Shown here: positions 1-10,348 of the stretch, piece by piece
Layout of the letters: each line of letters begins with the position of its first letter
Numbering within the stretch: the first letter of the stretch is position 1
Assembly (NCBI GenBank): GCA_963772455.1
Contig: CAVYXJ010000012.1
Coordinates: 96,001-160,000, forward strand
DNA from: Candidatus Bathyarchaeota archaeon
Lineage (GTDB): Archaea; Thermoproteota; Bathyarchaeia; Bathyarchaeales; Bathycorpusculaceae
Length of the DNA stretch: 64,000 nt
Direction: 5' to 3'
Notes under the pieces: model-generated
Databases searched by the model: none
What the model was told of the DNA's origin: nothing
Seen by the model: only the letters and a program-made list of their open reading frames with translations
Translations under genes and position numbers: made by a program

Positions 1-987
1 GCTTATTGTCATCACATTTCCTTAAATCATTCTTGTTACAAAACTCAAAAAAGGATTTTTTATTCGCAACTTAAAACAGGAAATAGACGAAGCAAGAAAT
101 CAAATCCATAAGTGGATGCGCCCTACATTGAAGAGTTAAAAAAAGAAACTGCTTTATTGGAAGGTGGAAAAAAAAGCAAAATAGAAGACGGCAAATCTTG
201 GGCAGATTTGCTCAAGACACTTAATGTTGACTATTCATCGAAGCTTCTTGATCATGAAAGAGATGATGCAAGAAAGGCTGAAGCGACACACAAAGTCCTT
301 TAAAAAAGTTTCAATGCAGTTCCCAATGAAATTGTGCAAACTGCAAAAGAGCGATTATTGTTAGATGAACATTTGAAAGCAACTTTGGTTGGGATGGATT
401 TGAGCCTGAATTTCATTGGGTAACATATTCCCTTCCTTATGATCGCAACGGAAAAGTGGAATTCTGGGAAGTGGGAAGTGACGGCAAAGTAGAAGGTACG
501 CTGTTGGAGCTGGTAGCGGTTGGGAGGACTAACATTCAACGAGCGTAAAATGTTGGTTTTGGTACTACATATCAGGAGAATTTGCAAAGCACCCAGGAAC
601 ATCGTATACTGACCTTACTTTGATTTGCATGGCAACCACTGGGTCAGATCAAACGATGGATACTTTACATCAAAGGAAGCATCCATAAGACTATCAATAA
701 CAACAAGAGTTTTCAGGACCTACTACAGTTATTCGACTTTTTTCGCTTGGAACGTTCTCAACAAAGGTAATGATAACATTGATGAAAATGGAAGAGTTGA
801 TTTCACAGGATGGAATAATACTACAAAAGGCGAAAGCCAAGTTGAGGTTGGTGAACCATTAACCGTCGAAGTTATCGCGGAGCTTCGGAGCTATGTTGAA
901 GGCAGTGACTCACACGCTTTACTTGATTTCCAAACAGGAGAAAATAACAACATAAGGATCCCTTTTATCAGAGTGTGGATGCCTTGA
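1..987 (+). pseudogene. Hypothetical protein broken into several frames (frameshifted CDS or pseudogene; 5' end uncertain)
   Basis: ORFs 112..303 and 625..987 are linked by protein-like stretches in shifting frames (WDGFEPEFHWVTYSLPYDRNGKVEFWEVG; CWFWYYISGEF). Confidence 0.45.
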
Positions 988-1123
988 AATAACCCCTAAA
1001 TTCCTTTTTATGTTAATTTTTTTGTGAGAAAAGGACTGCAATATTTATGCTAAGTTAACCTCTTTTTTTAAACCAATTAAGTAGATAAATTTCCTAGGCT
1101 TCTATTCAAAATTCTCTTGATAT

Positions 1124-2666
1124 TTAAGTTTTGAAGATGAAGTTATCTTTACCGTTCAAGTTTTTGATTGGAATTGTTAACAATATTTTTGCTCCTTCAC
1201 CAGGTTTACTTATTTCTTGGATTTGCCAACCGTAAATATCAATCATCTTTTTCGACAGATGCAAGCCAAACCCCGTGCTTCCTCCGGTACTGAAGCCTTC
1301 TTTGAAAAGATTTTCCTTATTCTGTTCCGTGATGCCAACACCATCATCTTCAAAGAACAATCTCAATTCACCCAACTTAGAAATCTCATTGTAGACTTTT
1401 ATTTCAGTAGTTTTTTTGCCGTATTTTCTTGTATTATCAATAAAATTATAGAACAGCTGCCTTAGAAATGAATCAGCTAACAAACTCAAGCTAGGGCAAT
1501 CGACTTTTACTTTAAAGTTTAAACCGGAAAAAAGAGCTACCGCCTCATTTAGTGTCTGTTCAACTTCAATGTATTTTAATTTTTCAACACCCAGCTGATC
1601 GTAAATTCTAGCAAACTCAAAAATCTTCACCGATTCCTTTACGGCATTCTCAATTCTATCCAATCCATCAATTAAATCAGTTTGATCGGCATATTTTTTC
1701 TTTAGCAAATATGTGTTTGCTGTTACTGAGGATAATTTATTTCTAATGTCATGTCTTATCAAGGCTCCGACAACATTTAATTTTTCATTCATTAATTCAA
1801 GATTGCGATGATTTTCTTGCAAGCTTAATTCTGCTTTCTTTCGGTTAGTAATATCTAATACAACAGCCATCGTTCCAACATTTCTTCCTTCATTATCTCT
1901 TATGATTGAAGTTGAAAACAATACATTGATCAGTTCTCCATCTTTTCTAATAAACTCAAATTCAAATTCCCCTGGAACGCCTTCTTTACAAAAATTCAAA
2001 TAATATTGAGCATGTGCAACTCCTATTTCGGGTATGAAAGAGAATAGACTTTTTCCAATTATTTCACTTTCTTGAAATCCTAGGATTTCAGACATATGTG
2101 GATTTGCAAAGACTATGTCTTCTTCAGAATTAAGCGCTATTATTCCTTCGTGAGCAATTGAAACCAACTGACGATTTTTCTCCTCGCTCTCTTTTAATTC
2201 AGCCTCCGCTTTTTTATTTGTTACAACAAGTTTTACGCCATGAACCAACTCTCCATAGACTGTTTCAGGTGAACCTTGCTTGTTAAAGTACCCATCTGCT
2301 CCAAGATTCAGAGCCTTTATTGCTACTTCTTCTCGACCCTTTCCCGTAAACAATATGAATGGAGTTACATTCTTCTCTTCTCGCAACTCCTTCAAAAACT
2401 CAAGACCAGTTTTTTGGGGCATTTCATAATCAGAAATAATAATATCGTATTGACCAGTTTTCAATTTCTTAATAGCTTCATCAACACAGATAGCGTTGTG
2501 AATTTCAAAGTCTCCCTCTAGCATTAGAATCTGCTTTGAGACTTCTAGCAAAGCTCTGTCGTCGTCAACGTGTAAGACCCGAATAATGTTCTTTTTGGTT
2601 GAGGGCGTAATATCAATCGACCCACAGAATATTGAATTATCGAGATTTTGAGTTTGAATTTATCAT
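1124..2666 (-). CDS. REC-PAS histidine kinase (probable indel near the start)
   Basis: Frame extends upstream through IIRVLHVDDD; SDYEMP and FTGKGREE receiver motifs; PAS; RHDIRN H-box; DDGVG and GTGFGL ATPase boxes; ATG at 2666 is one base out of frame. Confidence 0.9.
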
Positions 2667-2807
2667 ACCAGCAGAAATTAGCTTGTAAATTTATGATATA
2701 TCGTTTATGACGTTGAAATATTGAGCACTGATTAAATAATGGAGATAGCGATAGATTACTAAGGCGTTTCGATTTGATTATTGCTCGATTTTACATATTG
2801 AATTGAG

Positions 2808-5114
2808 CTAATAGTTCTCGGGAGAACAATGATTAAAGAGGTTATTGTTCTCATATCCTCTAATAGAATCGTGAACTTTTTTTATGGAGTAATTGGAGAA
2901 ACTTAGAAGACTTGCCGCGGAAGCATATAGAAGCTGCAGATATTTTCGTGTATCAGGGTTCACACCTTTATCTAATAATTGTTCAGCTTTAACTCGACGT
3001 TCAAACCGCTTGTTAGTTGAATCAGTAAATACGAAATGTACGCTTTTTCCTGCATGAACTTCGCTGCCCTCCCTCATTAATTGCTCAGCAGCAATAACTT
3101 GGCTCACATGTTGCTTGTAGTGCTTGGGATTTTTAGATAAATGCTTGGATATAATCAAATCCTCGATGGGCGCTTCACCGTCGATTAGTTTTAGCCTATA
3201 AGCCTTTATCACGTTTAATGCTTCAGGAATTTTCTGCATAAATTCTGCAGAGGTATTGGCTGCCGAAAATACGTTGATCATTTCCATTTGTGCATTATAA
3301 ACAAACATAGGCGTGTCGTGTTTCCGTACTTCTATACCCCTAATTTTTAATTTTCCGCTCTCCATTACCCCATAGTAACGATTTAAGACGCCAATGTTTG
3401 GATGCATTTTTGAAGGCAAGAAAACAATCCATTTGTATCTCCCTTCAAAGTTCAACGGAACCTCAATATCGTTACTTACTTTTTTGCATAAATCGCCATA
3501 GTCTTCCAGGGTTGCATCATCCTTTTTCAGCCATAAGGAATCAACTATTCCATGAAGAACCTCAAATCCTCTGCTCTCAGATATACGAGCAGCCCTAAGA
3601 AATGCATCTCTACCAAACGCACAAACTCCAATATGCCCATCAACAGTCCCAAACTTTGCATTCCTATAACCCAAATAACCAAAACAGGTTACTAGAATCC
3701 ATTTCAAAGCAATCTGACGGTTATCATACATCTCCTTGAGTTTGGAACTTATTACCTCATCTCGCAATTGCTTATACTTCAACCTTTTATTTACAACAAG
3801 TTTCAAGGCTTTTGGAACAACACCTTCCCGTTTCTCACAAATGTTGTAGTTTAATTCTGGGATTCGCAAATGTGAATCTGGACAGCATTTACAGAGCACC
3901 GTTTCGGCTGAAATATTGTTGTTAACCATTAGACTTGGATACATCGATGAAAAATCTACTTCACCTATGTTGTCGTGTATACCTACTTTTGGTTCATAGA
4001 CAAAGCCGCCTCTATCTGCCACGAGAAGTTCGTAGGCTGATTTGAAGGCTTCAGGTATGCTTTTGTTTCGGGGGATCAGCATTTCTTGTTTAAAGGCTTG
4101 GTAGAACTGAAGAGAAGACATACTGGTACCTATAGATGAACGGGATGAAGTGTGCAGGGGTGCCCGACAGATTCTGGCTATTTCAAATAGACCCTGAAAA
4201 CTACTTTCGTTTAGAATGAATGTGTTGCCAGCGTCTATATGGACTCTTCCATAAAGACGAATAGTTGGGGCTTTGTAGAATGTGCGACCATATGAAAAGA
4301 AGGTTTTTCCCTGTTGTGCTTTGGGAACAAATGGAATTTCATCTCGGCTTAGTATAAACTTGTCAGAAACTTCACTGACGATTGCTCGATGAAGCAAGTA
4401 TGAAAAAAAGTAGGAATCTCCTCCATTAGTAACTATTATGTCTGGATCAAGTTCCTTCACCATCTTACTTAACTGAAGGAGCTTTTCTGATTCATGATCT
4501 GTGTCAATAATAATTCGCTTTTCTTCTTGCTCTATGCTAATGTTAGCTATTGGGTCTTGAAGACTCGCTATTTTACTGGTTTTAGCTATTTCGATTTTTA
4601 GATGCATGATTCTCAAGGGGGGAAGAGCATAATCGACGCTTTCTACAGAATCCAGAAGAGTATACCTTAACCCTTCTTTGAGGTTTTCAACCTCTAAGAA
4701 CGCAAGAGGAAACAAATCGTGCGTAAAAAAATAAGTTCTATCGCCGCGTAAATCGCAATTATGAACTTCAAGGCGCATGTAATCACCCATTTTCAGTATT
4801 TGATTGGTTAAGGATGACACTTTTCTGCAATCCTTGAGGGTAATCTCTAAAACTCTTGATTTTTCTGAATCCGTCGGTTGTACGAATTTGTAGACAAAAT
4901 TCCAGTTTGCAATATCTGAGTTTGAATAGATTTTGCCGACCAGTTTTTCTTGATCTTCTTTTATTCCCGATACGTAAATCTTAGGTTGAAATTTATCGGT
5001 TAACCTGATTCTTTGGCCGTTTTCACTTATGATCCATACTGCCATCTCGCCAATGTTAGATGGATAAACGTCGAATATCCAGCCGCGAATTTTAGGGCTG
5101 GCGTTTGATTGCAT
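2808..5114 (-). CDS. polB2: Family B DNA polymerase, PolB2 (Dpo2) group
   Basis: DFSSMYPS motif A, KWILVTCFGYLGY motif B, altered motif C (HGIVDS instead of YGDTDS), degenerate exonuclease domain. Confidence 0.9.
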   Translation of the reverse strand: MQSNASPKIRGWIFDVYPSNIGEMAVWIISENGQRIRLTDKFQPKIYVSGIKEDQEKLVGKIYSNSDIANWNFVYKFVQPTDSEKSRVLEITLKDCRKVSSLTNQILKMGDYMRLEVHNCDLRGDRTYFFTHDLFPLAFLEVENLKEGLRYTLLDSVESVDYALPPLRIMHLKIEIAKTSKIASLQDPIANISIEQEEKRIIIDTDHESEKLLQLSKMVKELDPDIIVTNGGDSYFFSYLLHRAIVSEVSDKFILSRDEIPFVPKAQQGKTFFSYGRTFYKAPTIRLYGRVHIDAGNTFILNESSFQGLFEIARICRAPLHTSSRSSIGTSMSSLQFYQAFKQEMLIPRNKSIPEAFKSAYELLVADRGGFVYEPKVGIHDNIGEVDFSSMYPSLMVNNNISAETVLCKCCPDSHLRIPELNYNICEKREGVVPKALKLVVNKRLKYKQLRDEVISSKLKEMYDNRQIALKWILVTCFGYLGYRNAKFGTVDGHIGVCAFGRDAFLRAARISESRGFEVLHGIVDSLWLKKDDATLEDYGDLCKKVSNDIEVPLNFEGRYKWIVFLPSKMHPNIGVLNRYYGVMESGKLKIRGIEVRKHDTPMFVYNAQMEMINVFSAANTSAEFMQKIPEALNVIKAYRLKLIDGEAPIEDLIISKHLSKNPKHYKQHVSQVIAAEQLMREGSEVHAGKSVHFVFTDSTNKRFERRVKAEQLLDKGVNPDTRKYLQLLYASAASLLSFSNYSIKKVHDSIRGYENNNLFNHCSPENY

Positions 5115-5352
5115 CTAAAGCCTTCTCTAATTGACTAATTTTCTTTTGCTGCGATACCAGAATTGAGATTACCATGGGTTCGAAGAGTATAGGTTGGGTA
5201 GCATTGCTTCCAGCCGATGCAAAATTTCTGCAAGCATCCATTAGCGCATCAAATGCTGCCTTATCCTCAATTCTCAAGGCTTTTCCAAATCCAGACCACC
5301 GACTTATTTCGTCTTCCAACGCCATTCGGTAGGATTCAACTGTTTTTCCCAT
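5092..5352 (-). CDS. Small alpha-helical PolB2-associated protein (arCOG07300-like)
   Basis: MGKTVESYRMALE..W..F.KALR.EDK..FD pattern; overlaps polB2 start. Confidence 0.8.
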   Translation of the reverse strand: MGKTVESYRMALEDEISRWSGFGKALRIEDKAAFDALMDACRNFASAGSNATQPILFEPMVISILVSQQKKISQLEKALDAIKRQP

Positions 5353-6080
5353 TAGGCGTTAGCCTCCACAAAATCAGCTAATGTTGTATCTTCCAAGGGG
5401 ACTTCAGATACACCTGTGGATAGGTAAGGATGTTTTTCTAAAAGAAATTGTCTTGCGAAACTTGTTTTCCTCAGGGATAAAACAACGTTTGCTCGGGTAC
5501 ATGTTTGGGTTTGGAGAAAGTTGTTTCTTGATGAGTCTGCATGTTGTGGGTAGGTTGCAATCACTATTGTTTGTGTTTTTCTGGCAAAATTGGAAAGATA
5601 AGTAGTTAGTTGGCTGAAGATTCTTTGAGCTTCATAATCTGGAATATCTTTATCTAAGAAGAATCCCGCTATATCCGAAATTATCACCAGTTTAGCACTG
5701 TATTTTCTGATGGTTTCTCCAAGATGGTGCATGACAAGCGAAGTTGCTTGGTAAGCTGTGAAGGCTCTAGAAATGTAAATGTTATCTAAAACTTGCTTGG
5801 GACTAAGATTATGAATCCGCGCTAATTCTGCTATGTAATACAGTCTAAAAGTGTTGCCTCCATCAATAAAGATGACATTGCTTTGAAGTCCGCCTAGTTG
5901 AGCGGGTAATTGTGCTGTTACACATAACAAAGAAGCTAAAGATAGAACAGACGAACCTTGAAGAACTGCGAAATCGCCCAATGCAAAACCTGGAAAAATC
6001 TCGTTAACGCGTCTAATGTTCAATGGAAAAATCGGTTGAGATAACGCAGGCTTAACAATTAAATTTTGATTCATTCTCAC
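5352..6080 (-). CDS. Inactivated RadA/Rad51-like paralog of the PolB2 operon
   Basis: QLPAQLGGL, VIFIDGGNTF and ISRAFT RadA motifs; Walker A degenerate. Confidence 0.85.
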   Translation of the reverse strand: MRMNQNLIVKPALSQPIFPLNIRRVNEIFPGFALGDFAVLQGSSVLSLASLLCVTAQLPAQLGGLQSNVIFIDGGNTFRLYYIAELARIHNLSPKQVLDNIYISRAFTAYQATSLVMHHLGETIRKYSAKLVIISDIAGFFLDKDIPDYEAQRIFSQLTTYLSNFARKTQTIVIATYPQHADSSRNNFLQTQTCTRANVVLSLRKTSFARQFLLEKHPYLSTGVSEVPLEDTTLADFVEANA

Positions 6081-6281
6081 AAATCTCCCTTTTATCGAAG
6101 GATAGCAAAGGGCAGTTTCTCGTTTTTAAATGGTGACTTTAAACTACTATTTTGAAAAGCAGGGTCCTAATTGAAAGTGAAGTAAGAAAATGAAAGAGCA
6201 CAAAACTATAGAATCTAAGCGCAAGGCAAAATAAGCATAAAAGCAACTATACCTAACTAACGAAATTAACAAATAACTAAA

Positions 6282-6794
6282 GTGAAAAATGTGGTGCAAG
6301 AAACAGAACTTCAAAAGTCTGCAACCGAGTCTGCATTTGAAGCCATTCAACTAGAGAAAGAAGGCAAAAACGATGAAGCGATAGCATTATTCGAGAAAGC
6401 AATTAAATGTCTCTTTCAATTAGTTGAACTTCATCCAGATTCTAACTTGAACAAAGTTTACCTTAAGCAAGCAGACGCTTACCAAGACCGGACAAAAGCA
6501 TTAAAAGAAGTTAAATCGACAATTCCCCAAAATAAGCCGATAACACCTTGTGAGATTTCCCAAACATGTGGAGACAAGATAATAGACGCCTCTTCAAGCC
6601 CAATAATTTCAGAAGTTAATAACAAAACTGATAGTGAACTTGCGGATGAAGTTAAAAATTTGAAGACCGAAGTCAACGACCTCAAAAACGAAGTAACCAC
6701 ACTTAAAAGTCTTGTATCATCCTTGAATGATGAAATAGCAGATCTAAAAACCAAAATAAACATAGTTAAAGAAAACAAGTACTACTTACCTTAG
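6282..6794 (+). CDS. MIT-domain protein with C-terminal coiled coil
   Basis: A..AIQLEKEG..DEAIALFEKAI..L...Y..R three-helix MIT pattern; heptad repeat EVKNLKTEVNDLKNEVTTLK. Confidence 0.75.
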   Translation: MKNVVQETELQKSATESAFEAIQLEKEGKNDEAIALFEKAIKCLFQLVELHPDSNLNKVYLKQADAYQDRTKALKEVKSTIPQNKPITPCEISQTCGDKIIDASSSPIISEVNNKTDSELADEVKNLKTEVNDLKNEVTTLKSLVSSLNDEIADLKTKINIVKENKYYLP

Positions 6795-6888
6795 CCAAAT
6801 CAATTAGAAAAAAGTAAAAAAGCCTCCAAAAATTAAGAAACATACAAGTATAAGAAGTGCTTAGAATGTGGAATTGCGAACGCTAAAT

Positions 6889-6965
6889 GCGGTAATAGTA
6901 CAGCTTGGTTAGTACATAGGCTTGCCAAGTCTAGGACCCGGGTTCAAATCCCGGTTACCGCACCA
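6889..6965 (+). tRNA. tRNA-Gly(GCC), intronless, CCA encoded
   Basis: Acceptor stem GCGGTAA/TTACCGC, anticodon arm TAGGC-TTGCCAA-GTCTA, T-loop GGTTCAAATCC, 3' ACCA. Confidence 0.97.
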
Positions 6966-7144
6966 TGTTCCAGTTTATGTTTTATCTACCCAAACTGGTT
7001 GTAGCTTTTTTAACAAATTAATTCAAGAATAACAACGAAATAAAAACAGTTAAGCTGCATCATTTAGAGGTTCGTGGGTTTAATTCGATTCCTTGAGTAA
7101 AAAGCCGGGGTTGGAGTTCCACTCCCGTTGAACTGCTCAAAATT

Positions 7145-7200
7145 CTTGTTAAGAATCCTTGACTAATTTTAGTCAAGTAACCTGTACGAGAATGCTTTTA
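7145..7200 (+). promoter_or_regulatory. Tandem 9-4-9 palindromic site plus BRE/TATA, copy 1
   Basis: CTTGTTAAG-aatc-CTTGACTAA-tt-TTAGTCAAG-taac-CTGTACGAG-AATGCTTTTA, about 30 bp before the ATG at 7228. Confidence 0.7.
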
Positions 7201-7227
7201 AAACAAACTACTTCACAATAAGTAAAT

Positions 7228-9642
7228 ATGAACTGTGTGGGCAAAACCTTAGCATATATTCTTGTCATTGTCTGCTTGGCATCATTATGCCTTACATTCG
7301 TTGAACCTTCAAAAGCCCAATCCTCCACTAACGATTGGCCAATGTTCCGCCATGACCCAAACCACAGCGGCTACACCTCCAGTAACGATTCAATGAATTA
7401 TGCCAAGCTCTTATGGAATTTCACAACTGGTGGGGGTGTAGTATCTTCTCCTGCAGTGGCAAATGGATTTCTTATCGTAGGCTCCAAAGATTGCTATGTA
7501 TATTGTATAGATGTTTCAAATGGACATTTAGTATGGAAATTTCCAACAGGAAACATAGTGGATTCTTCGCCTGCGATTGTTAATCAAAGAGTCTACATAA
7601 GCTCGCAGGATGGTTGGGTTTATTGCCTAGACTTCATAACGGGAAAGCCTTTGTGGATATCGATGGTTGGGGGATTTGCGCAATCTTCACCAACAGTTGT
7701 GGATGGCAGAGTCTTTGTGGGTTCAGGAAACCCGGAACTATTTTGCTTTAACGCTTCAGATGGCTCCCTGATTTGGAGACATCCAACACCAGATAAAGTT
7801 GAGTCTTCACCTGCAGTTTCAGAAGGCATTGTATACGTTGCTACGAACAACTACCATGTTTACGCTTTCAACGCCTCTACAGGCGGCGAATTATGGCGCA
7901 CTCATACAGGAAGCACCTTCACCTCCCCATGCATAAACAATGGATGTATCTACATTGGTTCATACGACGGCTATATCTGCTGTTTGAATTCTTCCACAGG
8001 CACAAAAATTTGGCAATATCAAACGGACGATACGGTGGCTTCTTCTCCAACTATTGCTTATGGCTACGTTTATGTAGGCTCCCAAGACAACGGAGTTTAT
8101 TGCCTCAACATTACCAGCGGAGAGAAAATATGGAAGTATCCAACGGGATATTGGGTTTGGTCTTCGCCTGCTATTGCTGACGGCAAATTATACGTTGGTT
8201 CTGAGGACTATAATGTTTACTGTTTTGATGCTTTCACCGGGGCAGTAAAATGGAGTTATGCAACGGGGAGTTCTGTGGATTCTTCTCCCGCAATCGTGAA
8301 TAACATGCTCTACTTTGGATCAAACGATCACAATGTATACGCTTTAGCTCTAACCAATTCAACCACAGAAAAAGAACCCTTGCAAACAGCCAATTCTTTA
8401 GCTTGGACTACCGTTGCCTTCAATTTGATTACATGCGCCGTGGCTGCAGCGATTCTGTTTACAATCTTTGTCTTTGCTTATTCAAACAGACAAACCAAAC
8501 AAAACTCTCCACCAATCACTGTTTCTAGCCGAAAGATAAAATGGTTTTCAGCACACTTCGATGCTCTTTGCATTTTGGCGATTCTGGCTTTCTCAACGAT
8601 ATTCTTCATAAATCTTGGCAATGGACCACTTTGGGCTGCTGACGAGCAAACGTACTCGCAGTGGGCATATCACATGGTTAAAAGTGGAGACTACCTTAAC
8701 CCGTGGGCTTTCGGAGACGTTGCACTTTGGATTGGCAAACCTCCGCTTAATATGTGGCTTATGTCCCTTTCCTACCAAATCTTGGGTGTTAGTAACTTTA
8801 GTTCAAGACTTGTAAGCGCCATGTTCGGCAGTTTATCGTTAGTTCTTATCTTCTATCTGGGGAAGAAACTGTATAATGGATATGTTGGTTTATTGTCAGC
8901 GTTTGTTTTAGGCACTTTCACAACTTTTTATATGTTTGCGAGACGGGCAATGACTGATGTGCCTTTGGTTTTCTTTATCATAGCAAGTCTTTACTTTTTA
9001 GTTTTAAGCGAGAAACCCCAGAAATCTAATCGATACTTAGCATTAAGCGGTTTATTTTTTGGTTTAGCCCTAATGACAAAGCAGGTTGGAGCTTTGCTGA
9101 TTCCTATAATTATCCTTGCTTATCTAACTGTAACAAGTAGAAGCATCAGGTTTGTTTTCACTAAACGGTTTGCTCTTTTTTGGGGAGTTGGGCTTCTAAT
9201 TATTTCTCCTTGGTTAACTTATATGGCATCTTCTTTTTCTGCGGAGTTTTGGCAATCGTATATTATGTATAGCGGGTTTAATCGAACATTTAGCCCTCTG
9301 GAAGGTCACCAAGAAGGATACCTATTCTACTTTAGCTACTTAGCTATTAACGAAAAATTGTGGGTATTATTGCTGCCTTTTGCGGTGGGACTTTGCGCTT
9401 TCAAGGCTGTTGTTAAGAAAGCAAAAGCGGACACTCTACTCATTTTATGGATTGCAGTTGTCTTTTTGATTTTCACTTTTGTTCAAACAAAACTTTTTTG
9501 GTATATTCTGCCAGTTTTTCCAGCTTTTGCAATCTCCATAAGTAGTCTGCTTTATCAGTTACTAAATAAAATCCAATATTCTATAAGAAACTCTTCTTCG
9601 TGGGGAAGCGCACACAAAAAACACAAAACAAAAACAGTTTAA
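7228..9642 (+). CDS. Secreted PQQ/BamB-like beta-propeller fused to an ArnT/PMT-family (GT-C) glycosyltransferase
   Basis: Signal peptide, WPMFRHD, repeated SSPA.....VYVGS.D..VYC.....G...W blades; then DE, KPPL, R..SA.FG, TD and A.MTK GT-C motifs with many TM helices. Confidence 0.85.
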   Translation: MNCVGKTLAYILVIVCLASLCLTFVEPSKAQSSTNDWPMFRHDPNHSGYTSSNDSMNYAKLLWNFTTGGGVVSSPAVANGFLIVGSKDCYVYCIDVSNGHLVWKFPTGNIVDSSPAIVNQRVYISSQDGWVYCLDFITGKPLWISMVGGFAQSSPTVVDGRVFVGSGNPELFCFNASDGSLIWRHPTPDKVESSPAVSEGIVYVATNNYHVYAFNASTGGELWRTHTGSTFTSPCINNGCIYIGSYDGYICCLNSSTGTKIWQYQTDDTVASSPTIAYGYVYVGSQDNGVYCLNITSGEKIWKYPTGYWVWSSPAIADGKLYVGSEDYNVYCFDAFTGAVKWSYATGSSVDSSPAIVNNMLYFGSNDHNVYALALTNSTTEKEPLQTANSLAWTTVAFNLITCAVAAAILFTIFVFAYSNRQTKQNSPPITVSSRKIKWFSAHFDALCILAILAFSTIFFINLGNGPLWAADEQTYSQWAYHMVKSGDYLNPWAFGDVALWIGKPPLNMWLMSLSYQILGVSNFSSRLVSAMFGSLSLVLIFYLGKKLYNGYVGLLSAFVLGTFTTFYMFARRAMTDVPLVFFIIASLYFLVLSEKPQKSNRYLALSGLFFGLALMTKQVGALLIPIIILAYLTVTSRSIRFVFTKRFALFWGVGLLIISPWLTYMASSFSAEFWQSYIMYSGFNRTFSPLEGHQEGYLFYFSYLAINEKLWVLLLPFAVGLCAFKAVVKKAKADTLLILWIAVVFLIFTFVQTKLFWYILPVFPAFAISISSLLYQLLNKIQYSIRNSSSWGSAHKKHKTKTV

Positions 9643-9703
9643 CCCATTCAATTGTTATTCTAAAAATTTTTTAAGCAAGTTTATGATTAAGAAGTTGATA
9701 CGT

Positions 9704-9985
9704 ATGCCAATAATTATTAAGATTGGACCCAACATCATCGGAATTTTTTGGGCATTAGTCACCTTATTAGGTGTCATATTAGCAATAAATGGATTCTTTT
9801 ATGCTGTCAGTAGTTTAACGACTTTCGGTGAAATAGCTCCAACCAACACAGCGGTTCTTTCGAATGTAAGCGGTGGGATTGGTATTTTTATTCTCGGATT
9901 AGTTGCGACAGGAATAGGTTATCTTGGAATTCGAGGAAGAATAATAATCACAACAAATGAGAACACAAAACAGACCCTTTCTTAG
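9704..9985 (+). CDS. Small two-TM membrane protein
   Basis: Two hydrophobic segments; TATA-like element upstream. Confidence 0.6.
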   Translation: MPIIIKIGPNIIGIFWALVTLLGVILAINGFFYAVSSLTTFGEIAPTNTAVLSNVSGGIGIFILGLVATGIGYLGIRGRIIITTNENTKQTLS

Positions 9986-10036
9986 TTTGAAATAATCTTT
10001 TAAGTAAGGTCAAAACAAATACAATTTGGTGATTGA

Positions 10037-10246
10037 GTGAGAGTAGAATTGGGTTTGTTGGGTGCTTTTGCTTTTGCGTTTGGCGCAACAATAGTATTTT
10101 TGTTAGGTTTCTGGTTTTTAAAATATTCTAGTGCCCTGAATTCGCCGTTATACCTTTTCGTTTTCTTAGGTTTTCTTTCGCTTGGTTTAGGTCTATGGTT
10201 AATTGCTCTAAGCGTAAAACCTGATACAAAACAGAACCCTTCTTAG
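10037..10246 (+). CDS. Small two-TM membrane protein
   Basis: GGTGA Shine-Dalgarno before GTG; two hydrophobic helices. Confidence 0.65.
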   Translation: MRVELGLLGAFAFAFGATIVFLLGFWFLKYSSALNSPLYLFVFLGFLSLGLGLWLIALSVKPDTKQNPS

Positions 10247-10266
10247 AAATCCTATAAACAATATTC

Positions 10267-10323
10267 TTAGTCAAGAATTCTTAACTGCTCTTAGTCAAGA
10301 GTCTTATACGAGAAGTCTTTTAT
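10267..10323 (+). promoter_or_regulatory. Tandem 9-4-9 palindromic site plus BRE/TATA, copy 2
   Basis: TTAGTCAAG-aatt-CTTAACTGC-tc-TTAGTCAAG-agtc-TTATACGAG-AAGTCTTTTAT before the ATG at 10349. Confidence 0.75.
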
Positions 10324-10348
10324 CTCCAAACCAAACCTAACAATAAGC

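Noticed and set aside
7061-7130. T-arm-like words (GGTTCGTGGGTTTAATTC, CCGGGGTTGGAG) as a tRNA fragment or att site
   Set aside because: No cloverleaf and poor identity to the tRNA-Gly 3' end
7145-10323. Palindromic repeats as a CRISPR array or classical integron attC sites
   Set aside because: No regular repeat-spacer period, no cas genes, no RYYYAAC/GTTRRRY ends and no IntI in the window
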